Source of the DNA: Octopus vulgaris
Taxonomy: Eukaryota
Assembly: GCA_951406725.2 (NCBI GenBank)
Contig: OX597818.1
Span: 25,854,001-25,918,000, forward strand
Direction: 5' to 3'
DNA length: 64,000 bases
Shown: piece by piece, positions 38,717-51,249 of the stretch
How the letters are laid out: every line of letters starts with the position of its first letter
How positions within the stretch are numbered: the first letter of the stretch is position 1
Made by a program: the position numbers and the translations under genes
Notes under the pieces: model-generated
What the model was told of the DNA's origin: nothing
Databases searched by the model: none
Seen by the model: the letters and a program-made list of their open reading frames with translations, nothing else

Positions 38717-40530
38717 ATCCCAAATAAAAATGAAGCGCGATATTTAGATTTAATTAACATATTTATTTACTGATTAATGTTACAATCCTGACTTTATATA
38801 AGTTGTTATGCTGAATACTAGTAGCCAGTGTATGGGAAAGTATGATTGTTGAGAAATGAGAATGTATACTAGGCGATAGGAGATCTTTATACACGAAATC
38901 AGAGCAGTATGGTTAACTAAGAAAACCTCTGCTGTTGTATATCTTGCGCATCTCAGCTTATAACCATGATTTGGCTCAAAAGTGCATGGAATTTTCCATT
39001 ACACCCACATAAATGTACCAGAGCAACGATTGGCTGAAATGTGAGTTAAGGTCATCTCATATATCGTGGCCTTCGTCCATTACTGGATTAACAGGGTTTC
39101 GAATGCTAAGCACTGCTTCATGTAATGGAAATAGGGATAATCCATTCCGAGCCACACCCAAACTCCACATAAAGGAATGAAATGATGCCTTATTTGTACA
39201 ACCATCAACAACAAATACATAAATATATAAACTATATACGTATATGTGTATGTACACATGTTTGTGTGTGTCTGTGAGTGCGTTTTCCCCTTTGTCTTGT
39301 TTATGTCAATCTATGGTTATATGTTTAACAAAAAAATGAGAAATATTCTTTTCTATATATAAAATATGAAAATTCAAAAGCTACATGAAAAGCTTGCAAG
39401 GGCGTTAACAAACCGTTTGTACACGTTCTCCTTGCACTTATATGAGTGTGTAGGCTGCTTGTGGTCTGTTCAAATATTAGTTCGTTGGCCGAATATAAAT
39501 TTCTTCAGAAAAACTGTTCGCTATGCAATTTGATTATTTAGCGTACAGTTTGTATATGCTCTTCCAGCACTTATATGCGTGAGTAGTCTATTTGTGACTT
39601 GTATAATTTTCAGCTTGTAAAGCAAATGGGCTTCCAGTTACTTAAATGCAGGCGTAGTCAACTCGTGGTTTGTTGATCATATTTTGGCTCACTATGCTAG
39701 TTAAATTTTCTTAAGAAAAACAGTGTTACTAGATTTTTTCGTTTAGAGACCTTTTCGTATACGGGCACCACACTCTATTTTGTTTGAAAATGTTCAGTTA
39801 CATAATCTACAAAGGTTCTTACAAAATATGGCAACTATCAAATGCTGCTGCCCTCACTGTAAAATGCGAGCTAGGCGGCAAAATGGTAGAGTAGTTAGAG
39901 CGTCGGATAGGACCTTCAGCATCTTGAGTTCAAATCCCGTCGAGGTCAATTTTATCTTCCTTCTTGAAAGGGTGATGTATTATACTACTCGGTCCTTCTT
40001 TTCTCCCCACCTCACCCTGCCCTTCATTCACTCACTCACTCACTCCCACTCTTTCCAATCTCTTTGAATTGTACCTATAGATTAAAGGTCCAGTATTGAC
40101 ACATACTGCCATTATTCGGCTTGAGAACTGCATTAACTCTTTAGTATTCGGATTACTCAATGAAATATAATGCTTATTTATTCATATTGTTTTGAATTAA
40201 TCATGCTTTATCACGTAGTTTCAAGATTTCTGATGTGACTGTTTATTTTTAGAATGACGTTGTATGCTAGGTATGAGGCCAGATCTGGCCAGTTTGGAAA
40301 TATAACAGGTAGGATATTTACACCAGATATAACCAGTTTAAATGTTAAAAAAGGTCAGAAATTCAATTAATTGAACAACTGAATACTCATTGACGAAACC
40401 AACGGGGAACTCACCAAAACCCGCAAATGGAACGCAAACAGTTGTTCTGAACATATTCAGTTTTCGTTCTATAAATTTTATAGACAGTTTCTATTGCGTG
40501 TATATATCAAAATCATTTTATATACACAGA

Positions 40531-42136
40531 CTAGCTTAAGGTGTCCCGCTCTACGCGCGGGTAAGAGTGTGGTTGTTATTTTCTGTTGCATCCTTTCGGC
40601 ACGTAAAAAGCACCATCCGAACGTGGCCGCTGCCAGTACCCTTCCCCCCATGGCACCTGTGCCAGTGGCACGAAAAAAAGCACCCACTACAATCATGGAG
40701 TGGTTGGCGTTAGGAAGGGCATCCAACTGTAGAAACACTGCCAGATCAGACTGGAGCCTGGTGCAGTCTCCTGGCTTCCCAGACCCCGGTCAAACCGTCC
40801 AACCCGTACTAGCACGGAAAACGGACGTTAAACGATGATGATGATGATGATGATAATGATTCTCCCTGTTTGTTTCTCTCTCCTTTCTCTCTCCCTTTCC
40901 CACTCTCTTACTCTTCCTTTCTCTCGGACTCTCCCTAGCTTTCTCTTACTCTCTATCTTTTCTCTATCTATCTCTCTCCCATTTATAAACAACAAAAGAT
41001 CTTGAGTAAGTTGAGAAAGAAAGTAGTTTGAAAGATCAATCATAACTATCAGGCAGTGACAACGGAAAGCTCTGTTTCAAGGCAGAAAGCAAAACACTAA
41101 CATTTAAAAGGGACAGACGAACTTGCGAGCTGAATAAAAATAAAAAAATATTGGAAACCAAAGTTTGAAAGGATAGAATCTGAGGATAGTAAAGTCACCA
41201 TGGCTGGCATTTCTTAACGACGGACAGTAACATAGTGGCCGTTTAACGGCTGGCGTAAAAATTTGAACTTGATGTGAAAGAAAATTCGTAAACACCAAGC
41301 TTTGAAGTGATTCTTTCTCACGACAGTAGACTCACCATGGCCAGCATTATGTGTGTGTGTGTGTACGCATTATATATACAAATGTATACAAATAAATTAA
41401 ATTAGAGATAAAACCACTATTAGGCAAATCAAACAGTGAAAAACATAAACGAAAACATAAAAATATAATATACAAAATATATAAAATATAAAATTTGAAA
41501 ATTTAAATTATTTAAATAAAAAATTAAAATTATTAATTTATATTTATAATTCTTTTTTTAAATATATATAACTATCAAAAAGTATTAAAAAGTTTAATAT
41601 ACATATTTATATATAGAACACACACACACACACACATATAAATTAACCCAATAAATATCTGATTCATAATATTTGTTCTCATGATTGTGTGGTGGTGGTG
41701 GTGGCGATGATAATTCTGTTTATGAATGCAGACAGACGTAGAGAGAGAGAGAGAGTGTGAAAGCGCTGTCGAAGGCGGGGAGGAGGGGGAGATACAGAAC
41801 GCTCTTTGACGATGTTATAAAGAGAAAGTGAAGGGGAGTTAGACGCTGTTAAACAACGTTATATATAGAAAGTGATGGGAAGGGAGGAAAGAGAATGAGT
41901 GACGGAGGAAGACAGATACATTAAAGAATGAGAGTAGACTTGTCAAAGTGAGTTTTTGGCCCTAGCAACGACACCTTTTAAGATGGGGATTTCTAACCTA
42001 GCCCACTCTCATCCTCACCTCATTTTACATGTCCCTGTAAATTTTGGAGTCAATCCGATGGGATCTAGTGGCCGTTCTAATGCCAAAAACCAGACAAACA
42101 AACAAACTTTTCGCATTTCAGTTTTATAAATAGAGA
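40531..42136 (-). mobile_element. Non-autonomous Helitron (Lep1-like) with internal insertions
   Basis: Minus 5' end TCtctatttataaaactg...(gttt)n. 3' hairpin cccgc...gcggg followed by CTAG. Continuity across the internal insertions is inferred. Confidence 0.6.
40597..40860 (+). mobile_element. RTE 3'-UTR fragment with (GAT)n tail
   Basis: Same terminal sequence as 2330-2583. Confidence 0.85.
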
Positions 42137-43153
42137 TAAAATGTCTCAACAAACAAAACGAACAAATCTTAGTATTTTTTAATGAAAGTTCTGCAAACTC
42201 CACCCTATCCCCTCTTGCAGGTGGGTCACATCCTACAGTTTTAGGAATAGTGGCTTAGCACCATGCCGCCCATGATCAAGGAAACTTATGATCAAGCAGA
42301 CTTATGATAAAAAAAGTTCCAGTTATGGCTAACCCACATGGTGTATCTAGAACATTTTTTAGTGATTCATTTTCTTTTAAGATAGTATGATGAGATTTGA
42401 AGGAGGCTTGGTTTGGTTGTTATTTCCATTTGATTGGAACTAGTTGAAGATGTCGAACAAGATATTTACAATATCAAATATGATAACTTTACGTTCAAAC
42501 TCGACTAAAGTCATTCTTCGGTTGTCTGTAAAACAGCTATCAGTAATATAATGATTATTAAATAGATATTATACACTGAATAGTGTCTTCACCTTGGTTG
42601 TTAAGGTTATAATGTTTGGGTCGTTGTACTCACTGGCTCTTTTCAAGTACCTGCTGTATTTGACAACTTACCCATAATTTTGATCAGAATTCTTAATTAA
42701 ATCTACTAGGGCAGACTCTACTCATACCATGGATATTCTCCTGTTGGTTATTTTCCTTTTTGTGACATCACTTGCTTGGTACACTTGAACCAGAATATTG
42801 TCATAATCAAGGATCGTCTGCTCTCAATTGGTTAAATACTATGAATCATCATCTCGGTCTTTCCTTATGCTGTCTGTTTATGTTCACCTTGTTTTAAGTC
42901 TCTTCAATTCTTGGTATTACTGAAATACGTATTTTTAAAAAGTATTTTCCCCTTCCTCTTTTTCCATTCATTTTTCTATCAATTTTGCAAACTGTTTTTC
43001 TAATAAAGTGTCCAAAATATTTTAATTTTCTCTTTTTAATGTTGTTTTCGTCAATCACAACAAATCAAGAGATTAAAAATATAAGCAATTACTGTAAAAG
43101 TCCCATTTGGCAATTCGTCCGATTTACGAATTATATAAAAAAAAAACACCAGC

Positions 43154-43422
43154 TGATGATACATACCATAGCTAAAAGAAATGTTATCCAGAGCAATAAG
43201 TTCTTCTTCATATCATAAGAGTTCATATTCAAATATTTCTCCGTTTCTGAAAATGAACTTTTCTAATGTGAAATATATATATATATCCGTTTCGACACAC
43301 GATTTCACATTACAAAAGTTCATTTTCAGAAACGGAGAAATACTTGAATATGAACTCTTACGATATGAAGAGGAACTTGTTGCTCTGGATAACATTTCTT
43401 TTAGCTATGGTATGTATCATCA
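43154..43422. repeat. Inverted repeat, 121-bp arms, 27-nt spacer
   Basis: 43154-43274 versus 43302-43422. The mirror-image ORFs in the track confirm it. Confidence 0.9.
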
Positions 43423-43660
43423 AGGCGGCGAGCTGGCAGAAACGTTAGCACGCCGGGTGAAATGCTTAGCGGTATTTTGTCTGCCGTTACGTTGTGAGTT
43501 CAAATTCTGCCGAGGTTGACTTTGCCTTTCATCCTTTCGGGGTCGATAAATTAAGTAATAGGTTACGCACTGGAGTCGATATAATCGACTTAATACCTAT
43601 GTCTGTCCTTGTTTGTCCCCTCTGTGTTTAGCCCCTTGTGGGTGATAAAGAAATAGGTAT
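43423..43660 (+). mobile_element. SINE family A
   Basis: ggcggcgagctggcagaaacgttagc...gcctttcatcctttcggggtcgataaa...gataaagaaata. Confidence 0.85.
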
Positions 43661-43664
43661 TGAT

Positions 43665-46600
43665 TAGATACGAGGTATCTAGTTTCAATACTTACTCGGG
43701 TCGACATACTTCCAATCTTCAGGTCTGGATTCCTCAATATTTTTCACTACCCCTACCTCTTATATACTTCCATGATACTCTATATCTTCAATATAATCTT
43801 ACTTAACATGTACAAATGAATAGAAATACAAATAATACATAAAAATAATAACTGAATATTAAAAATTAAGTAATAAAAACTCAAGGAACAAACATTTAAG
43901 GAAAAAAAAAGAGAAAAAGATGCGAGTAAAAATTACGAATAAAGGTTCCGAATAACGAATAAAGAATTGTGAATAAACAAATACGAAACAACAATGAAAT
44001 AATAATGAAATAAAAATAGAGATGAAAATAAAACGAATATTAACTTATCTTTTCTTTCCTCGGGGAAAATTAGACAAAGCTACATCTTGCAAATAAGGTA
44101 AAATCCGCGTTTGATAATACCTATGTATAGGAGGTACTACAAATAAATGTTAGCAAGTTCTACTGGTGTATATATTCCTTTATATAGTATTGTGAAGGGA
44201 ACTGGAAATGAATGCATCACGAGAACAAACCACTTTTATCGTTTTTTAATTTATTCAATCTATGTATTATCGCAAACAACCAATCTAGTAAGTTACTTCT
44301 TTAGACTCTCAATTCGAATATTTTGGGATGCATAAGAATTACGTTTTATATCATTTAAAATGTATTATTTATATTATTCTTAAATATTTGACGTAACATT
44401 TAAACTAAATTTCAAAATTTAAGTTTAAAATCTAAATTACAATTGTGTAACGTACGGCTAACAAATTAAAAATCTAAAGTATCGTAAATCAACCAATTAA
44501 TACTATATATTTTTGTAAGACTAAGTGCTACTTTCTAGTAATAATGGGTAGAATATAATTATAATTTTTATTATAACATTATCTAAAATAAGAACATGAC
44601 TGAGTTTTCATAATTTTAAAATAAGGTTTAGTTTATTTACTAAAGAATCTAATCCTAACTCATCTTATTAATTAAACAATTTATCCTATGTTTGCATTTA
44701 ATTTTTCGTTCATTCTGGGCATTGAGCAATATTGTTTTGGCCTTTAGGATTCCCATAAATTCGTGAGTTCACATCAGACAGAACTTATTCCCTATTCTAT
44801 ACGATTTAGCTTTACATATTATCTCCCATTTTAGTTTGTAGTTAATTTCTTTGGATTTTAAACCCCAAATATATTTACTTAAGCCTGTCGAATTCATTAA
44901 TTTATTATTTTTAAAGGAATACAAATGCCGCGCTATCCTTTGTTTAATTTTATTTGATGTAGAACCAATATATGTCATATATGAATTTTCGCCATTATTT
45001 CAATTATTATTATTATTATTATTATTGTTGTTGTTGTTGTTATTTTTATTTTTATTACCTTCTCTTTGACCATTATTATCTCCATTTAAAGACACCACAC
45101 ATTTATATACTACGTCCTTTAAGTTACATTTATTATTAAATTTACAATTATTTTCCCCTACAATTACAGCTTATTGAGTTATTACCATTATAATTGGGAT
45201 TATTATTTATTTTATTGAAATAAAATTTATTCAGCCTATATTTATTTAATGCTGATATAATATTGCCTATATTGCTAGTAGTTGAGTATCCTGCTCCTAT
45301 GTTATTTTTAGAAAAAATAATACTATATTTTTTATTTTCGATAGTAAATAATTCTATTATTTTAATAATTTAATTTATAATAATATTTTTAACCTGGGCA
45401 CCCTAAGGGACGATTAACCAGATTTATTATTATTTATGTTTATGTTACTAGTTCTCATGTATTTGTTAACATTATAGTCATTATTACCATTATTATTTAT
45501 TGGTCGATCTGAGTTATAGCTACCATTTCGTCTTATACATTCCTTTGTATTTATGTTTTTATTCTTTTTATTCTTTGAGTTTATTGTATGCTCCCTGTGC
45601 TCGATAATATTTCAATATTTTTCTCTATTAGAGTTATTATTATTATTATTATTATTATTAATTTGTTCTTATTTAATATTTATAAATTTAAGTTTCTATT
45701 TTTATCTATATGGGTGATATTAGGGTCTTTAGCGTTATTATCTTTTATATATTTTTTACCATTTATATTATTACTGTAAAATCTTTATATCCCGCCTTAG
45801 TTAATGCATCATTATAATAGGTTGCATGTTTAAGGAAGCTATCATAATTCGATGAAAGCATTGAAACACGTTTTCCCATATTAGCTATTAGTGTTTTCTT
45901 AATGGAAGGTGGGTGATTACTGACTACGTTAAGATATTTCAAATTTTCATTCGTTTTGTGGAACGCTTGTGTTATCCTTGTTAAAATATTAAAATTCGCG
46001 TCTAGAAAGTTAACATAATTTTCTTTATATATCGTAGTATCTAATCCGTTTCTTTTGAAGAAGCTATATAATTTCTTTTTATATGTTTCTAGTATTCTAT
46101 TTGTACAGTTTTTAGTTATTAATAATAAATCATCTCTATATAAACCCTCTTCTAAGTTTAATTTTTCTACTTGTAATTCAGATAGTAGAAAGATCCCTAC
46201 CAAATCTGTCACCTGTGCTGAATCAGGCGCCCCCATTGGTACATCGAAGTACTCTCTAGTATCTTTCCTGGCCCGTAATTTATTGTTGTATTTTATTAAT
46301 GATTTTCTAGCCGCTTGAACTACCTTAATTTCATCCATAGTAATCCCTACTTTATTCCTAGCATACATTAATGCCTTATTAAGTACTATCTCGTTTATCA
46401 ATATCTATTTGTATAAATTTATATTTTTAATATTTTTAAACTACTCTAGTGTGTCTATTGTACTACCCCATAATTTTAAATGATCTAGTTTATTCAGTTT
46501 ATTTATATATTTGTCTAATATTATTTTACTTAGTTTCCCTAGGTCCGACTTACATGGGTATATAAGTTTGACTTTAAGGTCTGCATAATAATTATCTTTA

Positions 46601-47155
46601 TGGTCTTTTATTGTAATTCTTGGGTGTAAAGGTTCTGTTTTATTATCTAATTCATATTTCGTCATTATTTCTTTATATATTTTATTTATTTTATCTAGAG
46701 TGTTATTTGGAACTATTTTATATCTTTTATTAATTTCTTTTTCTAATAAACTACCATATGTTTCTATGTTCAATTTATATAGATTCCTAGTTTTATCTGA
46801 TTGTACAAAAATTCCATCGATATTTCTCAGTTCTTTTATTTCAATTGCTAGGTTTCTAAGATATTTATTATGTCTATTAGGGTATTTATAAACTTCTAGG
46901 TTTTTTTACTACTTTCCAAATATTATCTTCTAAAGTTTGTAGTTAATGAAACATGTGTAGTCTTATGAACAGAAAATACAGGATTCAGAATAGATATAGT
47001 TAGTATAAGATTTAATTTTTAACATTTTATGGAGTGGTCGGGTATAAAATCTTTCAGTGTTGATTGAGTTGAAGGTGGTTTTGTCTCTAAAACTAATTTT
47101 AGTACATCTAATTTGAATGTCTTTTTCCTGTGTACTCGAAAGTAATATTTCCTAA
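43665..47155 (-). mobile_element. Penelope-like element, Hydra-type, near full length, frameshifted (RT, CxC linker, GIY-YIG)
   Basis: RT: ITIKDHK, FDVPMG, GLYRDD, VNFLD, SNHPP. Linker: SCNCR. EN: VVYKC...YIGST, STGLSKYIW.LK, KW.I, FCLM*THE, CKH. ORF remnants span ~44655-47100, and the 5' end abuts (TAA)n/(TA)n. The 3' boundary is approximate. Confidence 0.9.
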
Positions 47156-47166
47156 TAATAATAATA

Positions 47167-47246
<80 letters not shown>

Positions 47247-48222
47247 GAAATAGACAATTGTTTATATTTTGTCAAGATGTCAGTAGTTATGTCAGTTGTA
47301 ACGGTATGTATTGTGATAGTTGTTGGTGTTGCAGATGCGCAAGATGAAAGAAGAACAGTGATCGAAGTTGTAAGCAAACATTTATAATGTTATGCCTTGA
47401 CGAGCAGGTGTGTATCATATGAGTGGAAAAGTATGCGTGGTAAAGAGAGTTAATTTTTTTCTTGTAAAAGTGTGTACGCGTTCACATAGTAGTAGTAATA
47501 TGATAGAGATAGGGTAATGTTGTGGAGAAGAGACGGTGAACTTGCGAAAGTGAGAGAGTCGAGGGAAATTATATGTCTCATAGTGGCTGATTGTTTTCTT
47601 TCTCCCTCTGGCAGTTTGTCTCAAGTGGCTGTCTGCCTGTGGCCATCTCTGGTGGTCTCCGTTCACTAAGAGATTTTGGTTACGGAGTTCTTGCATTTAT
47701 AACTATACAAAACTAGTTAGAAATATACATATACTGCAAAGACAATGGATATACTTTGGGCTGGGGGTTGAATATTATCTCAATTCCATTCTCCACCGCA
47801 TACAAGAGATTAGAAGGGTCGAGTGGCAAAGACATAAATCGGCTTGGCAAAGCCACCTGTTAAATGTGACTGCTGTCACTATTGTTTTTCTGTGAGAAAA
47901 GTGCTGTTGAAATATTCAAGGAAATTTAGTGATTCGGGATCGAATCTACTCTATGCCTAAATGAAGTCACTACACAGTTATGTATATATCTGTGAGAGTT
48001 CGAAAATCATATTATGTGGATTCATCCTGCAACTATCCGGTTCTGAAGGAATTATCAAAAACTATTTCACAGAATTAATGGTAAACCTATCAGGTTTTCT
48101 CTGAAAACTTTATCCAAAAAACCTGAAAGTGTAGTTTGTGTTGTATCTTTATAGAAAGATAGTTGCTCATCTGATACTCATTGAAAAGTGAAGGAAATTG
48201 GAATACCATGATTACTTAATGC

Positions 48223-48261
<39 letters not shown>

Positions 48262-48949
48262 TTTATATACTTTATGCACAATTCTATAGACTTAATACAC
48301 AGCACTTATAAAATAAATATTCACTCTTATTTTTCTATTTCCCTCGTAAACAAACAAAAAATATCCCGTACATATGATACAACCCTTGATTAAATTGCAT
48401 ATATCTGCCACGTAAATAAGCGTGAATATTTCACGGAATATTATGCGCATGCGTTAAGTGGTAGGTGAGATATAAAAGATACACTTTTCACTATCCAATC
48501 ACCACCACCATCATCATCATCTCTCTCCCTCCTCTCTCTCCCTGCCCTCTCTCTCCCTCTTTCTGTCTCTCTTTAACCTCACCTTCAGAACATCACCCCT
48601 CTGCTAAAATTATTACGTTCTTCCTACCTCACGTCATGAACGCTTCACCCTCTTTCTCTCCTCCTCTCACTCTTCGTCTTTTTTCTCTCTTTTTCTTTCT
48701 CCCTCTTTCTGTTTCACTCTTCACCTTATCTTCTTTTTCTCACTCATCTTCCTGTCTCTTCTCTTTCCCTTCAACTAATCACGTGAAAGCGTTACAATTA
48801 CATTTCCTCTACCTGATGGACACTTCTCTCTCCCTCTTTTTCTCCCTTCCTCATTTTCTCTCTCCTTGTTTTCTTTGTCCCGTTTTTTCCTTAATCACGT
48901 GAAAGCGTTACCGACGGGTAACGTAATGACAAGCAGAATTATTATAAGA

Positions 48950-49600
48950 CTAGCTAACCCCGTGCCGTAAAAAATGACGGCTAATTGTAGTGTTTTATAT
49001 ATAAATAAGGTACAAAACCAAGTTTTAATTTAATAATTCTTCTATTATTAATTTTTTTTTTGTGAAAAATCTATCAGCAATTAACATCCGTTGACTGATT
49101 GTTTCCTTCAAAAGAATTTTAAAGTTTTCTTTCCTTCTTGTACGATTTAGGTCACATAAAGCTGTCCGTGACTTAATACAGGAGCTGGCAAATGAATACC
49201 AACTTTTTCGAAACGACGTTTCCTTTCAATTGCGCTCTCCATTACTGAAACCAACCTAAACGCATACGACTTAAAGCCATAAAAAGCTATCCGTGACTTA
49301 TAGTTTATATTGTAAAATCTCCCTTTTCAAAATTTATTACATGACTTTCTTCATATAAATAAACTAGGCACACGTATAACCGTTAAATATGTATTTATAA
49401 TATATTTTTCATCTGCAGTCGTTTTAAATTCTTGATACACTCAGGCAATAATTATTTTCTCTAATGAGTTTGTATATGTATATGTTTGAGTAGGTGTGTG
49501 TGATTGTAATAATTATTTTTAACAAAAAAAGATAGAATATGGATAGTAAATCAAATTAATGCACTTGTCAATGTTATCTAGTCTTTTGAGATATGACATC
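48950..49600 (-). mobile_element. Probable Helitron 3' end
   Basis: Minus strand gccgtcattttttacggc hairpin followed by ...gctagt. The upstream boundary is uncertain. Confidence 0.4.
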
Positions 49601-50192
49601 GATCATCGTTTGTTACTGAAAGAACGCTGGTTCACACATACAAACATTTACATACTTCCCTTGTATATGCACGCACATACACAGAGTTGAAACGCTGTTT
49701 GATTTTGTCACCCCTTCCTTCCTTATTCGTCTCTTATCCCTTCCTTTCTCATTCGTATGTTGTGACAGAAAAACACAAGAATATTATTATAGTAGAAGAT
49801 AAGGTACAAATTAAGGTACATAATAATCACAGATACAAATCATTCACATATTTCCCTCGTACACGCACACACATACACACATATAGTTACACAGAGTTGA
49901 AACGCTGTTTGATTTTTCTTTTCAGCGTTGAATGTTCACCATCACACATTCCATTGCAGGCACGCCCCCCCACACACACATACATTCACGTGAGTCCCTT
50001 CTACATACACACACACACATACATACTCACGCAGAGTTGAAACACTGTTTGATTTTTTTTCACTGTAGCTCTTCCATCATCCCACCAACAAGTTTGCCAT
50101 CACCCCTTCCTTACTCAACTATCACCCCTTCCTTTCTCATTCATATGTTGTGCTGGAGAAAAACACGAGTATTATTATAGTAGAAGATTGTA

Positions 50193-50390
50193 AGGTGGCA
50201 AGCAGGCTGAATCGTTAGCACGCCAGGTGAAATGCTTAGCGGTATTTTGTCTGTCGCTACGTTCTGAGTTTAAATTCCGCCGAGGTTGACTTTGCCTTTC
50301 ATCTTTTCGGGGTCGATAAATTAAGTACCAGTGAAACACTGGAGTCGATGCAATCGACTAGTCCTCCCCCCCCCCCAAATTTCAAGTTCT
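50193..50390 (+). mobile_element. SINE family A
   Basis: Same head and central domain as 631-853. Confidence 0.8.
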
Positions 50391-51249
50391 TTGCACAGAG
50401 TTCTCCAGGCTTAAACGGTGTGTTTGCAAAAGTGATTTGTGTCAAAAGGAAGCGATATGATTGGCTGCAAATAGTCGACCGTGTCACGATTCGAAGAGTG
50501 CGCTACTACGTTCACACAACAGCAATCGTATAACCATCCATCTTCTCCAGTTACTATTCCTGGGAGGGTTGTAGCACTAGATTTGAATCACTGTTTGCAT
50601 GATTATGTGATCTTGTCCATTCATGAACAAAGCCTATAAATGGTCCATAAAGGTGCCAATTTTGCAGAGCGCTGCAGACGTCAGAGCTGGTATGATGTTC
50701 TGTACTCTCACCAGTTTTAGTGTTTTGGGTCGAGCTTCGAATTACACTCTCTATGGCTGTTCTAATGGCTGCACATTCGATCGGGGATATCGAAGAAGAT
50801 ATGACACGGCATCTATATTTACTTAATATGTCAGAACCAGCCCAAGGGCTAAACTTCGAACAAACATTTTCCTTACATGTCATATTATGCTATTTCCACC
50901 TAACTTTTCCATTAATTGTAATGCATGAACATCTTTTCATACTATTGCAACACAATTAATTATGTTCAGATGCTCACGCGATGTTGTGAAATTACTACAC
51001 TAATTTTCTATTGACTTGGTTTTATATGGGAACAACACATACCCTAAACAATACCCATATACCTGTTAACCACAGTTACAGAATCATAGGGAGAGAATCT
51101 TCAGGTACATCCTCCATATGGTCTGTCAGAAGCAGTCATCACTACACTTTGCGGCTGGATTCCCAAGTGCGATCAAATGAAACTATGGATATTATCCATA
51201 GCCTCTTTCTTAGCTTACGCCTACGTCTCTTGCCGGTTGGCTCGACTTA

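Noticed and set aside
43662-43728. Hammerhead on the minus strand at the 3' end of the large PLE (CTGAAGA...GAAAC-tagatac ctc gtatcta-ATC)
   Set aside because: The cores and a stem III hairpin are present, but stem II does not pair and stem I is cut by the SINE. At best a relic.
50390-50960. Possible coding exon(s) in GC-richer unique-looking sequence
   Set aside because: No frame gave a recognisable motif or convincing splice sites.
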